Of a stretch of 64,000 nucleotides of DNA, positions 47,676 through 57,327 are shown piece by piece; position 1 is the first letter of the stretch; every line of letters begins with the position of its first letter. The notes beneath the pieces were generated by a model, which was not told the origin of the DNA, ran no database searches, and saw only the letters and a program-made list of their open reading frames with translations. The translations under genes and the position numbers were made by a program. Source of the DNA: Bacteroidota bacterium (GTDB lineage: Bacteria > Bacteroidota > Bacteroidia > AKYH767-A > 2013-40CM-41-45). Where the stretch lies: positions 6,566 through 70,565 of the forward strand of contig JANOVV010000065.1 in the NCBI GenBank assembly GCA_031417555.1, read 5' to 3'.

Positions 47676-49883
47676 TTAAAAATTATCAAACGTTGATTTT
47701 TCTTCTCCCGGTTGAGCATATTTATCACAATTTAATTCCACATTCAACGGTTCATCCGGTGCAACAAAATTGCCTCTGGAAATATTAAGCGAGTTGTCTC
47801 CATATAATTTTTTCATATAAAGAGCCCAGATTGGCATTGCCGTTCTTGCTCCTTGTCCAAGCTCTAAAGTACGGAAGTGCACTATTCTGTCCTCGCACCC
47901 AACCCAACAACCGGAAACTAAATCAGGAGTAATGCCCATGAACCATCCATCGCTTTGATTTTGTGTAGTTCCCGTTTTACCTGCTATAGCATACGGAATT
48001 TTATATTCACCGCGTAATCTTGCACCTGTTCCGAATTGAACAACTCCTTCCATAAGTTTTAGCATAAGGAACGCTGTTTCCTCACTGATTGCTTCTACCT
48101 TTCGTGGAACAAAATCCTGTAAAACATTTCCATTTTTATCTTCGATACGAGTCAGATAAATGGGTTGTGTCCAAACACCTTTATTGGCAAATGAAGAATA
48201 TGCTCCAACCATTTCAAAGACTGAAACATCAGGTGTTCCTAGACAGATAGCCGGTACGGGAATAATCGGAGATGTAATTCCCATTTTCCTGACAATTTCA
48301 ATCATCGCCTGAGGGCCGAATTGTTTCATAAGATAAGCTGAGATGCAGTTAACTGATTCTGCCAGGCCTTGTTTTAATGTTAACATCCCGCCATAACTTG
48401 CATCTGAATTTTCCGGAGACCATTGTTCGCCTGAAGGAAGATCAAACGTTACTCTGACATTTGGTATTTTATAGCAAGGAGAATATCCTTCCTGCATAGC
48501 GAGGGTATAAAGAAAAGGTTTGAAGGTGGAACCAACTTGTCTCTTTCCTTCTTTAACGTGATCATATTTAAAATATCTATAATCCGTTCCGCCAACCCAT
48601 GCGCGTACTAATCCTGTTTTAGGTTCCATTGACATAAAACCACATTGAAGAATTTTCTTAAAATATCGGATACTATCCATTGGTGATAGTAACGTATCAA
48701 CATCTCCCCTCCAGGAAAAAACTGTCATTTTCTCCTTCTTATTAAATGCTTTTTCTATTTCTTTATCTGTTGCCTTGTTGGCTTTCATTGCAATATAACG
48801 TTCCGTATGTTTCATTGCATCAGTAAGTATTTCCTTGTGGCCATCCCAAGGATCCTGACTTTTCCAATGATCGTTGAATTTTTTTTGCAGTACTTTTAAA
48901 TGTTCGCTCATTGCTTCTTCAGCATAGCGTTGCATTTTTGAATTGATCGATGTAAATATTCTAAGTCCATCAGTATATAAATTATAAGGAAGACCTGTTG
49001 AATTATTAATATGCTCTTTACACCATTGAAGCATTTCTCCTTTCAACTCTTCCCGGAAATAAGTGGCGAGTCCATAATTGTGGTCTTCGACCTGATACTT
49101 CAACTTTATCGGAATTGCTTTAATAGAATCAAATTCGTTTTTCTTAATGAAGTCATACTTCATCATTTGAGAAAGCACTACGTTACGGCGTTCGATGGAA
49201 TTTTTGTTGTTTCGAACCGGATTGTATCTGGTCGGAGCTTTCAACATGCCAACCAATAAAGCGGCTTCCTGAATATTTAGTTGAGCGGGAGTTTTCGCAA
49301 AATATGTTTGGGCGGCAGATTTAATTCCGTAAGCATTGCTACTGAAATCAACAATATTAAGATACATGGCAATAATTTCTTCCTTAGTATATCTTCGTTC
49401 AAGTCTGATAGAAATTATCCACTCCTGTAATTTTTGAATTATTCGTTTGAACTTCGAATCAGGAACTTCATGAAAAAGTTTTTTTGCTAATTGCTGTGTA
49501 ATAGTACTTCCTCCTCCGGCGCTTCCTGCACGCAAAATAACCCGAACCAATCCTCGCAAGTCAACACCACTATGACTATCGAATCGAATATCTTCTGTTG
49601 CTTTAAGAGCGTTTAGTAAAACAGGGGAAAGCTCATAATAATGGATATTGGTGCGGTTCTGAAAAAAATATTTTCCCAATATAACCTGATCGGCAGAAAT
49701 AATTTCTGATGCCAGATTACTGCGTGGGTTTTCAAGTTCATCGAAGGTGGGTAGCTCTTCGCCAATATATCCTTTTGCAGCCAGAAAAAGGACAAAAAAC
49801 AAAATTACAATGGGAAGAGCAGCCAGTGTCCAGAAAACAAGAATATACTTTCTGAATTTCTTGGGCGCAGTATCTTTTGGCAT
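47676..49883 (-). CDS. mrcA: Penicillin-binding protein 1A (bifunctional GT51 transglycosylase / transpeptidase)
   Basis: 735 aa. N-terminal TM anchor, GT51 motifs (EDIRFDSHSGVDLRGL, GGSTITQQLAK), transpeptidase SxxK (GSTFKP). Confidence 0.9.
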   Translation of the reverse strand: MPKDTAPKKFRKYILVFWTLAALPIVILFFVLFLAAKGYIGEELPTFDELENPRSNLASEIISADQVILGKYFFQNRTNIHYYELSPVLLNALKATEDIRFDSHSGVDLRGLVRVILRAGSAGGGSTITQQLAKKLFHEVPDSKFKRIIQKLQEWIISIRLERRYTKEEIIAMYLNIVDFSSNAYGIKSAAQTYFAKTPAQLNIQEAALLVGMLKAPTRYNPVRNNKNSIERRNVVLSQMMKYDFIKKNEFDSIKAIPIKLKYQVEDHNYGLATYFREELKGEMLQWCKEHINNSTGLPYNLYTDGLRIFTSINSKMQRYAEEAMSEHLKVLQKKFNDHWKSQDPWDGHKEILTDAMKHTERYIAMKANKATDKEIEKAFNKKEKMTVFSWRGDVDTLLSPMDSIRYFKKILQCGFMSMEPKTGLVRAWVGGTDYRYFKYDHVKEGKRQVGSTFKPFLYTLAMQEGYSPCYKIPNVRVTFDLPSGEQWSPENSDASYGGMLTLKQGLAESVNCISAYLMKQFGPQAMIEIVRKMGITSPIIPVPAICLGTPDVSVFEMVGAYSSFANKGVWTQPIYLTRIEDKNGNVLQDFVPRKVEAISEETAFLMLKLMEGVVQFGTGARLRGEYKIPYAIAGKTGTTQNQSDGWFMGITPDLVSGCWVGCEDRIVHFRTLELGQGARTAMPIWALYMKKLYGDNSLNISRGNFVAPDEPLNVELNCDKYAQPGEEKSTFDNF

Positions 49884-50033
49884 ATGGTAAACTTATTCCG
49901 GAGTTGATAAAAGTAGTAAATTTTTAATTTGACTACGGTTTTATCTTCACGAAATATAAACGGAAAATTACCGTTTTCATTTTACTATAATTTTATATGC
50001 CATTTTTTAATTGCAAATCAATTTTTCAAATAA

Positions 50034-51587
50034 TCATTTTTTGAATGTATCATTTGAATTTATAATCCGAACTTCTTTTACTTTCAATGGATAAGAGGCT
50101 ACGATATCGTCTTCTTTTAAAATACTTTCCGGTAAAGAAGATTTAAGTGTGTTGCTATACGTCATTGGTGAAGGTGTATTTGCCCGTAAGCTTTCTGCCA
50201 GATCATTTACTTCTGATTCGTCGGTGATTATTACAATTTCCATATTTTGTAATTGCCAATATTTTTTAATTGCAGCGTTTACATCTTCAACTGTTAATTT
50301 TGAAAGTAAACCGTCTAATTCGTTGATCCAGTCTGTTCTTCCATAAAAACGGGAATCCATCAGATAACCAAGTTTTTTTGCAGGGGTCTCAACATAAAGT
50401 TTCGTGTAGCTTTTTAAAAAATCACGTGTCCCTTCAAAGTTTTCTTTACTTAAGCCATTTTTTATTAATTCATCCATTTCACGAATAGCCATTCGTAATG
50501 CAAAATGTGCATGGCCAACTTTTATTTCGGAAAGTTCTTTGTACTGGCCTTTCAATCCTTTTGCTGTTTGAACCGGTCTGATCCATAAGCTGAAATAATT
50601 TAAGGACCGCGGTGTACCTGCAACAGGAAGCATGTTAGATCCTCCGTTCTGATACCATTCAATATAAGAATAGTCACCATAATTCATTGAACGGGCTTCG
50701 CGTATTTTTTGATAGAGGCGTGAATATGATTTACGATGTTCTCCCAGCCAGCTGTTAGCAACCATCAAAGCTGCAAAATCATTATTGGAACGATTTAGAT
50801 TCATAGGAAAGCCTGCTGAGATGGCTGATCCAAGAGCGCCCGGTTTTGAAATAATATCGATTGTAATTCCATTGGGTTGCTGAGGTGCAGTTAAAGCCGG
50901 CAATACGGGTTTCGTATCGGGAAGCTTATTGATATCACTCTTTAATTGGTCTACCATTGCATCAGGATAATCTCCTGCTATTCCGATAAGAACATTGTTT
51001 CTGGTAAACATATTGTTGTATTGCTTCTTAACATCATCGAGAGTAATGGATGACAAAGAAGATACTGATCCATTGGTTAAATGGCTATACGGTGTTTTGT
51101 TAAATAGAACGGATTCCAAATACATTTTTCCATATTCTTCATCAGAAGATTGCCTGATTACTTCTTCAACATAATTTTTTTGATTAGATAAAAGACGATC
51201 AAAATCATTTTTATCCATTGCCGGATTAAGTAATAGATCCTTTACAACAGTAGTATAAAATTGCTGAAGATATTTTGTCGGTACTTCAAAAGTAAAAATG
51301 GAAACTTCTTTGTCGGTAAAGCTGCTCATTCGCGCAGCCCAGGGATATATTAGTTTACGAATTTCTGTAGAAGTCATTTTTTTCGTCCCGCTTTCGATAA
51401 TCATATCGGCCGCAAGAGTTGTCAGGCCCTCTTTTCCTGATGGGTCACTTATTGAACCATTTCGAAATACGAGGCGAATTACGGCTTTTCCCGACTTTGC
51501 AATTTTAAGTTGAACAACTTCCTGAGCAGATGCTGTTGTCGAAAGAATAGCAATTATAAATGTATAAATGAGAATTATTTTTTTCAT
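50034..51587 (-). CDS. M16-family peptidase-like protein, non-catalytic partner (no HxxEH)
   Basis: 517 aa, signal peptide, insulinase-like fold features, lacks the inverted zinc motif. Adjacent to the catalytic M16 gene. Confidence 0.7.
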   Translation of the reverse strand: MKKIILIYTFIIAILSTTASAQEVVQLKIAKSGKAVIRLVFRNGSISDPSGKEGLTTLAADMIIESGTKKMTSTEIRKLIYPWAARMSSFTDKEVSIFTFEVPTKYLQQFYTTVVKDLLLNPAMDKNDFDRLLSNQKNYVEEVIRQSSDEEYGKMYLESVLFNKTPYSHLTNGSVSSLSSITLDDVKKQYNNMFTRNNVLIGIAGDYPDAMVDQLKSDINKLPDTKPVLPALTAPQQPNGITIDIISKPGALGSAISAGFPMNLNRSNNDFAALMVANSWLGEHRKSYSRLYQKIREARSMNYGDYSYIEWYQNGGSNMLPVAGTPRSLNYFSLWIRPVQTAKGLKGQYKELSEIKVGHAHFALRMAIREMDELIKNGLSKENFEGTRDFLKSYTKLYVETPAKKLGYLMDSRFYGRTDWINELDGLLSKLTVEDVNAAIKKYWQLQNMEIVIITDESEVNDLAESLRANTPSPMTYSNTLKSSLPESILKEDDIVASYPLKVKEVRIINSNDTFKK

Positions 51588-51598
51588 GTCTTCTTAAA

Positions 51599-53077
51599 TT
51601 AAAATTTTACTTTTTCATCTGATGATATTGTTCCAATAGTCAGACGTTCCGGGTTAAAATATTTTTTTGCTACTCTCATGATATCTTCTGAAGTTACATT
51701 TTCATACATTCCATAATATGTATTTACTGATTCCGGGTTTTCGGAAATCCATGTGAAGAAGCTTAACGTTTGTGCAATCGCAGTTGGATTATCAATTTGC
51801 ATAATAATTCCGTTACGGAAATTTTCTTTTGTTTCCATTAAAAGTTTCTGATCAAGCGGTTTTGTTTTTGCTTCATTCAGTGTACGTTCTATTTCTTTTT
51901 TAATATATCCGAAATCTGCTGCATCAACCAATGAACCTTCTACAGAAATAAGAAATGGATCTCTTGTTGTTGTAGCATCGGCGCCGAGTGATCTTAATTT
52001 TTTTTCATTTATCACAAGTTTTGTAAAGAGATCTGAATTTTCGCTAAAGTATGCTGCACAAAGTATATCAAGAATAGGAAAATCCGTTTCTGTATTACTG
52101 TATGCAGGTCCTTTGTAATTCATTCCGAGATATGGTGGAAATCCCGGTTTTTTCAAATTAACATAACGGCTTTCTTTTTGAGCCGGCTCTGTTGGAACGG
52201 ATGAAGTATACGTTCCCTTTTTCCAGTCACCGAAATATTCAGCTGCAAGTCTATTTACTTTATCAGCTGTTACATCACCGATTACTATAACAGTACAATA
52301 TTCCGGTCGGTAATAGCGGTTAAAAAATTCGCGGGAATATTCATACTGATTTGGCATGTCTACTATGTCATCAAAAAATCCCATGGTAGTATGTTTGTAA
52401 GTATGTAAATCAAAAGCGGTGTTTTGCACCATTTCATTTAACTTGGTGTATGGGTTAGCAGAATTTTTTGTGTATTCTCCTTTTACGGCTCCGGCTTCTG
52501 TTTTAAAATCTTGTATTGAATAAGAAAGATTTTTAAATCGGTCACTCTCTAACATAAACATTGTTTCCAGTTTCGAAGCATCACCAGTCATGTGATAAAG
52601 TGTACGATCCAGACTGGTATTTGCATTTGCTGAAGCGCCAGTCGATTTAAGAACGCTGCTGTATTTTTCTTTTGGATACTTCTCTGTTCCCCTGAACATC
52701 ATATGTTCAAAGAAGTGAGCAAAACCTGTTTTACCCGGCTCTACTTCATTTCGTGATCCGGTTCTCACAACGATATAAAATGCAGCAATGCCCGGGCTCT
52801 GATAAGGTACCGTTACTATATTTAAACCATTCGCTAGTTTTTTTTGTATGATTTCATATGGGAAAATTTTTGAAGCCGCTTTGGGTGCTTCGCCTTCTTC
52901 TATTTCGGGCTGTACTCCCCGAGGTTTAGTTGACATTTGAGGATTTAATACTCGTCTGGTTTTAGGATCTTCCTGAGGTCTCACTTTTTGATTAGGATCC
53001 TGGTCACGGCCAATACTAAACAAAGCGATTAATGAAAAGAATAATATGCTTCCGGTAAGAATTTTGAATGTTTTCAT
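51599..53077 (-). CDS. M16-family zinc peptidase (insulinase/pitrilysin-like), catalytic
   Basis: 492 aa, signal peptide, inverted zinc motif HFFEHMMFRGTEKY (HxxEH...E). Confidence 0.8.
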   Translation of the reverse strand: MKTFKILTGSILFFSLIALFSIGRDQDPNQKVRPQEDPKTRRVLNPQMSTKPRGVQPEIEEGEAPKAASKIFPYEIIQKKLANGLNIVTVPYQSPGIAAFYIVVRTGSRNEVEPGKTGFAHFFEHMMFRGTEKYPKEKYSSVLKSTGASANANTSLDRTLYHMTGDASKLETMFMLESDRFKNLSYSIQDFKTEAGAVKGEYTKNSANPYTKLNEMVQNTAFDLHTYKHTTMGFFDDIVDMPNQYEYSREFFNRYYRPEYCTVIVIGDVTADKVNRLAAEYFGDWKKGTYTSSVPTEPAQKESRYVNLKKPGFPPYLGMNYKGPAYSNTETDFPILDILCAAYFSENSDLFTKLVINEKKLRSLGADATTTRDPFLISVEGSLVDAADFGYIKKEIERTLNEAKTKPLDQKLLMETKENFRNGIIMQIDNPTAIAQTLSFFTWISENPESVNTYYGMYENVTSEDIMRVAKKYFNPERLTIGTISSDEKVKF

Positions 53078-53348
53078 CTTTTGTTTTTATAGAGTGACGA
53101 ATGTATTATTTTACTTCGATCAAAAAAAATCTTTAACATGATTTTAAGAGTTTCTTTTGCCCTTTTTGGCATATATTAAGGCATAATAAATACAGTATTT
53201 AAAATTGTAGAATTCTGTGCTCTGCTTCTTGTCTATTCCACATTTTGTTTGAATATTATTTTATAAAATATCGCTTAGAAATAATAACAAAAGCCTTTAT
53301 TGATTATCAAAATCCTTATTTAACACCTTTTTGTAATAACTTTGGCAA

Positions 53349-53843
53349 ATGAAGGCAATACTAATATTTCTTCTATTACTTCTCGTTTTCAAGCCATCAA
53401 TTGCTTTACATGTCGATTCGACGCGTACTGAACTTTTGATTTTATTAAAAGAAAGAAAAGAATTATTCGATCAATATTCTGCTTCAATAAATAAAAAAAG
53501 CGGATTCTTTGGCAACCGGACAAAAAACGATTTAAAGGATAGCCAGGAAAAGCTTGTTTCTATTGTGGCAGCTGATAATAAAATTATGAATTCGCTAAGT
53601 CGCACACTAGATTTTCGAAATTTCGAAAAACTTAATTTGTCTTATGATGTGAATTCTTACGAAGATAGAATCAGAAATTTACTTACCCTCAACGATACGC
53701 TAAACAATCAAAATAATATTTACAAAAAAGAGAATAAAATTTTAAATTCAACTATAAAAAAACATCACCTCTATTTTGCAATGCTAATTCTTTTATTGAT
53801 CTTTTCAGGGATTGTTTTGTTTAAGAAGTTTTTAAGCCGATGA
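53349..53843 (+). CDS. Hypothetical protein with signal peptide and C-terminal TM helix
   Basis: 164 aa. Hydrophobic N- and C-terminal segments, coiled-coil-like middle. Confidence 0.4.
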   Translation: MKAILIFLLLLLVFKPSIALHVDSTRTELLILLKERKELFDQYSASINKKSGFFGNRTKNDLKDSQEKLVSIVAADNKIMNSLSRTLDFRNFEKLNLSYDVNSYEDRIRNLLTLNDTLNNQNNIYKKENKILNSTIKKHHLYFAMLILLLIFSGIVLFKKFLSR

Positions 53844-53844
53844 T

Positions 53845-54351
53845 TTAATTATTCCTTTCAATTCTTATCCCAATATCCATTAATTGTGGTAACGGATCAA
53901 TGCGCATAGCCTGTTCAAGTGTAAATGTATAAACACCTTTTTCGGGAAATAAAAAATTATTTTTAAACAGATGTCTGTTATCCCAAATATCACCCAATCC
54001 TTCACCCAGCCATTTTCCTGATGGATCTGCCAGAGTCAATTCAACTGTATCTCGTTCCCTTTTACCTGTAGGTGTTTGGGTTGTAAAAAAAACAAAAAGG
54101 TTGCTGAATTGATAACCGCCGGCATTTCGGACATTTAAATAAATATTATACGGTGTGAGGGTGTCTTTTATTTCAGTTGTAAAAACAATATTGTTTTTTT
54201 GTTCCCATCGATTCTCCGGAAATTTTTTATTCTCTTCAAAAACTACCTTGCTATCACAGGAAGAGAGAAATAAAAAAATAAATATTAAATAAAGAATATT
54301 GAATATTGAATTCCCGGGCTTCTTAATAATAAGAATGTTGTTTCTTAACAT
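53845..54351 (-). CDS. gldH: GldH-like gliding-motility/T9SS-associated lipoprotein
   Basis: 168 aa, lipobox LFLSSC. The size and the conserved neighbourhood (PBP1A ... gldH - PSP1 - holB) match what I recall for Flavobacteriia gldH. Confidence 0.5.
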   Translation of the reverse strand: MLRNNILIIKKPGNSIFNILYLIFIFLFLSSCDSKVVFEENKKFPENRWEQKNNIVFTTEIKDTLTPYNIYLNVRNAGGYQFSNLFVFFTTQTPTGKRERDTVELTLADPSGKWLGEGLGDIWDNRHLFKNNFLFPEKGVYTFTLEQAMRIDPLPQLMDIGIRIERNN

Positions 54352-54423
54352 TTACTTTTTATGGAAATATTTTTTTTCTGAAGAGTGATTAATAAAAAAG
54401 TATGAGGTAATGACATACTTTTT

Positions 54424-55872
54424 TTAGCTTTTATCTTCTGCTGAAGTATCTTTCTGCTCCGGATTATTTCTGTTTTGTTGATTTGGCATTGGCCTTCTGG
54501 GCTGATAGCGTGATTGGTTTGGTTTATTTTGATTGGGTTGTTGTGTCTGATTTAGTTTTTGTTGCTCCGGCCGTTTTTGATCTTGTTGCTTTTGTTGACG
54601 CGGATTATTTTCAGACGGTTGATTTTGCCTTGCAGGAATTATCGGCCTTGGAGTTTCAACTTTGGGTTGCTGACCTTCAACTTGTATAGCTTGACTATCA
54701 TCACTGCCGGATTTTTTTTTCTTCTTTTTCTTTTTCTTCTTTTTTAATTTATCCATTCTGTCGATGCGATCCTGACCAACTACATTTTCATAGTCCGGTA
54801 GTATCTCCTTAATTTCATCTTCAGGCAGTGCCAGGTCTGTGGGTTTAACACCTTTTTTATTTAAATCAACAATTTCTTTTACGCGGTCAACGGATAAAAC
54901 AAGCCAATTGCCGCCTACGCCGCCTTCAATAAGTTCTTTTTGTTCACGGTTTTCATCAACAGTAAATGCATACCATAACAAGCGTTTGAATATGTCAGTC
55001 TTACGATGAAAAGCTCTTCCTTTTTCTGTTTCTAATACAATGCTTGTAGAAGGAAAATCCCGTAAAGCATCCATGTAAGAATCCAATTCGTAATTTAAAC
55101 AACATTTCAATTTGGTGCATTGACCTGCAAGTTTTGCGGGATTCAAAGCAAGATTTTGATAACGAGCAGCACTTGTAGAAACTGTTTTAAAATCGGTTAG
55201 CCAGGTTGAACAGCAAAGTTCACGGCCACAAACACCAATACCGCCTAAGCGACCCGCTTCCTGACGCATTCCGATTTGGCGCATTTCTACACGAATATGA
55301 AATTCATCTGCAATTTTTTTTATAAGCTCCCTGAAATCTACCCGATCATCTGCCGTATAAAAAAAAGTTGCTTTTTTTCCGTCGCCCTGAAATTCAACAT
55401 CACTTAGTTTCATTGAAAGCTTCAGTGTTTGAATGATTCCTCTTGTGCGATGAAGTGTAACCGTTTCTTTATCTTTTACCTCATTCCATTTCTCTACTTC
55501 AAGTGGCTTTGCTTTTCGATACAATGTTTTTAAACCATCAGGGTTATCTCCGAGATTCTTTCGGCGTAATTGAAATCGTACCAATTCACCAACCATGGAA
55601 ACCACACCAACATCATGGCCGGGTGATGCCTCAAGAGCAACGACGTCACCAACCTTGAGTTCAACATTGTCTTTATTATGATAAAACTCTTTTCGGCTTC
55701 CTTTAAATCGAACTTCTAATATTGGAAATTGACTTTGACCATGAGGTAATACCATGTCTGAAAGCCAGTTATATACATTCAATTTATTACAACCTCCTGT
55801 CCCACAAGTGCCATTACTTCGACAACCTGAAGGGGTTCCTTCTTTACTTGTGCTACAACTGTTGCAAGACAT
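54424..55872 (-). CDS. PSP1/RicT-family protein with N-terminal Cys-rich segment and a long C-terminal poly-Lys / Gln-Asn-Pro-rich tail
   Basis: 482 aa. N-terminal CNSCS...GCRSNGTCGTGGC. A PSP1 C-terminal-domain-like core. The tail reads KKKKKKKKKKK then a Q/N/P-rich low-complexity region. Confidence 0.75.
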   Translation of the reverse strand: MSCNSCSTSKEGTPSGCRSNGTCGTGGCNKLNVYNWLSDMVLPHGQSQFPILEVRFKGSRKEFYHNKDNVELKVGDVVALEASPGHDVGVVSMVGELVRFQLRRKNLGDNPDGLKTLYRKAKPLEVEKWNEVKDKETVTLHRTRGIIQTLKLSMKLSDVEFQGDGKKATFFYTADDRVDFRELIKKIADEFHIRVEMRQIGMRQEAGRLGGIGVCGRELCCSTWLTDFKTVSTSAARYQNLALNPAKLAGQCTKLKCCLNYELDSYMDALRDFPSTSIVLETEKGRAFHRKTDIFKRLLWYAFTVDENREQKELIEGGVGGNWLVLSVDRVKEIVDLNKKGVKPTDLALPEDEIKEILPDYENVVGQDRIDRMDKLKKKKKKKKKKKSGSDDSQAIQVEGQQPKVETPRPIIPARQNQPSENNPRQQKQQDQKRPEQQKLNQTQQPNQNKPNQSRYQPRRPMPNQQNRNNPEQKDTSAEDKS

Positions 55873-55943
55873 TTATTAAAATATAAGGTTTGTAAAAATA
55901 ATATGAAAAGCAAAAATAGCAAATCTTGTGACAGTCGTTCCTT

Positions 55944-57077
55944 TTATCCGTTTGATGCTTTTAACACTTTGTGCATTGAAAATGAAAGGTCTGTGAAAAG
56001 AAGCTTAGAGTTTGCATTCCTTTCAAGGTGGAAATGAGCTTTATTTAGCGCCTCAGTAAAAGATTCTGCATTTCTTTCATTGACAAATGGAGCAAAGCGC
56101 TGAATGTCTTCTAGGTCTTTTCCTTCCAATCTGACTAAAGAACGGTCACCGTAATTTATAAGAAGACATTCCCTGGCGACTGATAAAGCATGGCGGATAA
56201 AGTTTTTCTGGGTTTCCCGACTTTCTCCTCCAAATTCCTGTGATAGTTCATTAATTCCTTTAACATTTAACTTAAGGCAATTTCTCATCCAAAATAAAAA
56301 TTTTTGATTTAAATCGGTATCGGCGTCATCATTTTCGAGCAACTTCTTTGCTTCATTATAATCACCATCTGCACGATGTGCAATTCGACGTGCAATTGTT
56401 TTGTCTAAGCTGTGCTTCTCAATTAATGTTTGCATCATTTCATTATCGTTAATACGATTTACCTTAATAAGTTGTGTTCTTGAAATGATTGTTGTTAATA
56501 GCAATTCATGATTTTCGGCGACAAGAAAAAACAAAGTATAATCAGGAGGTTCTTCAAGTATCTTCAATAACTTATTTGCCGCTTCACTATTCATTCTTTC
56601 GGGCAACCAAATAATAACAATTTTATAGGGTGCTTCAACACTTTTCAAATTTAATCGGCTTAAGATGTCGGCGCTTTCATAAACAGATATAATTCCTTGC
56701 TTGTTATCAAGAGAAAGACTTTCCATCCATTCATTGTAACTGAGATATGGATTTTCAATAATTTCATTCCGCCATTGCGGGGCGAAATCTATACTTCGGG
56801 GTTTGCTGATCTTTTCCTTTGGCGCAACCGGATAAGAAAAACTTACATCAGGATGAACAAGTTTTTCCATCTTCTTGCAGCCGGAACATTGACCACATGA
56901 ATCATCATCGGCAGGCGATTCGCAAACTATGTATTGTGCAAAAGCAATAGCTATTGGCAAATTACCTCCGCCTTCCGGACCCAGAAAAAGAAGGGCGTGG
57001 CTAATGCGTTTCGCCTTTGCTGAATTAATCAGACGTTGTTTAACCTCTGAATGACCGATTACCGATGAAAATTTCAT
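55944..57077 (-). CDS. holB: DNA polymerase III subunit delta'
   Basis: 377 aa. AAA+-like N-terminus (LFLGPEGGGN) with the zinc-module Cys cluster (CGQCSGC). Confidence 0.85.
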   Translation of the reverse strand: MKFSSVIGHSEVKQRLINSAKAKRISHALLFLGPEGGGNLPIAIAFAQYIVCESPADDDSCGQCSGCKKMEKLVHPDVSFSYPVAPKEKISKPRSIDFAPQWRNEIIENPYLSYNEWMESLSLDNKQGIISVYESADILSRLNLKSVEAPYKIVIIWLPERMNSEAANKLLKILEEPPDYTLFFLVAENHELLLTTIISRTQLIKVNRINDNEMMQTLIEKHSLDKTIARRIAHRADGDYNEAKKLLENDDADTDLNQKFLFWMRNCLKLNVKGINELSQEFGGESRETQKNFIRHALSVARECLLINYGDRSLVRLEGKDLEDIQRFAPFVNERNAESFTEALNKAHFHLERNANSKLLFTDLSFSMHKVLKASNG

Positions 57078-57099
57078 GATTGTAAAAATAGTAAAAAGA

Positions 57100-57130
57100 G
57101 TATCAAGAATCGGGTATCAGGTATCGGGAC
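57100..57130. repeat. GTATC repeat array (GTATC-N9-GTATC-N2-GTATCGGG), an inverted relative of the 12321-12363 GATAC array
   Basis: The reverse complement CCCGATACCTGATACCCGAT matches CCCGATACCAGATACTCGAT at 12321-12340. It lies in the divergent intergenic region between holB and the M28 peptidase gene. Confidence 0.55.
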
Positions 57131-57327
57131 TAGATAAAATAATTTGATAGGGTGCTTTAAAATGCAAGTTGCATTAATTTAGCCTTGTTTAATTCCTATT
57201 AGATGCTAGATTAATTGCACTTTATTAAAAGGGTTAGTTTAAAAAATAATGCCTTAATACATTATATTAATTATCGATATTGTTGTTACTTAATACATTT
57301 TTATACCTTCATATAAAATTCTCCTCG

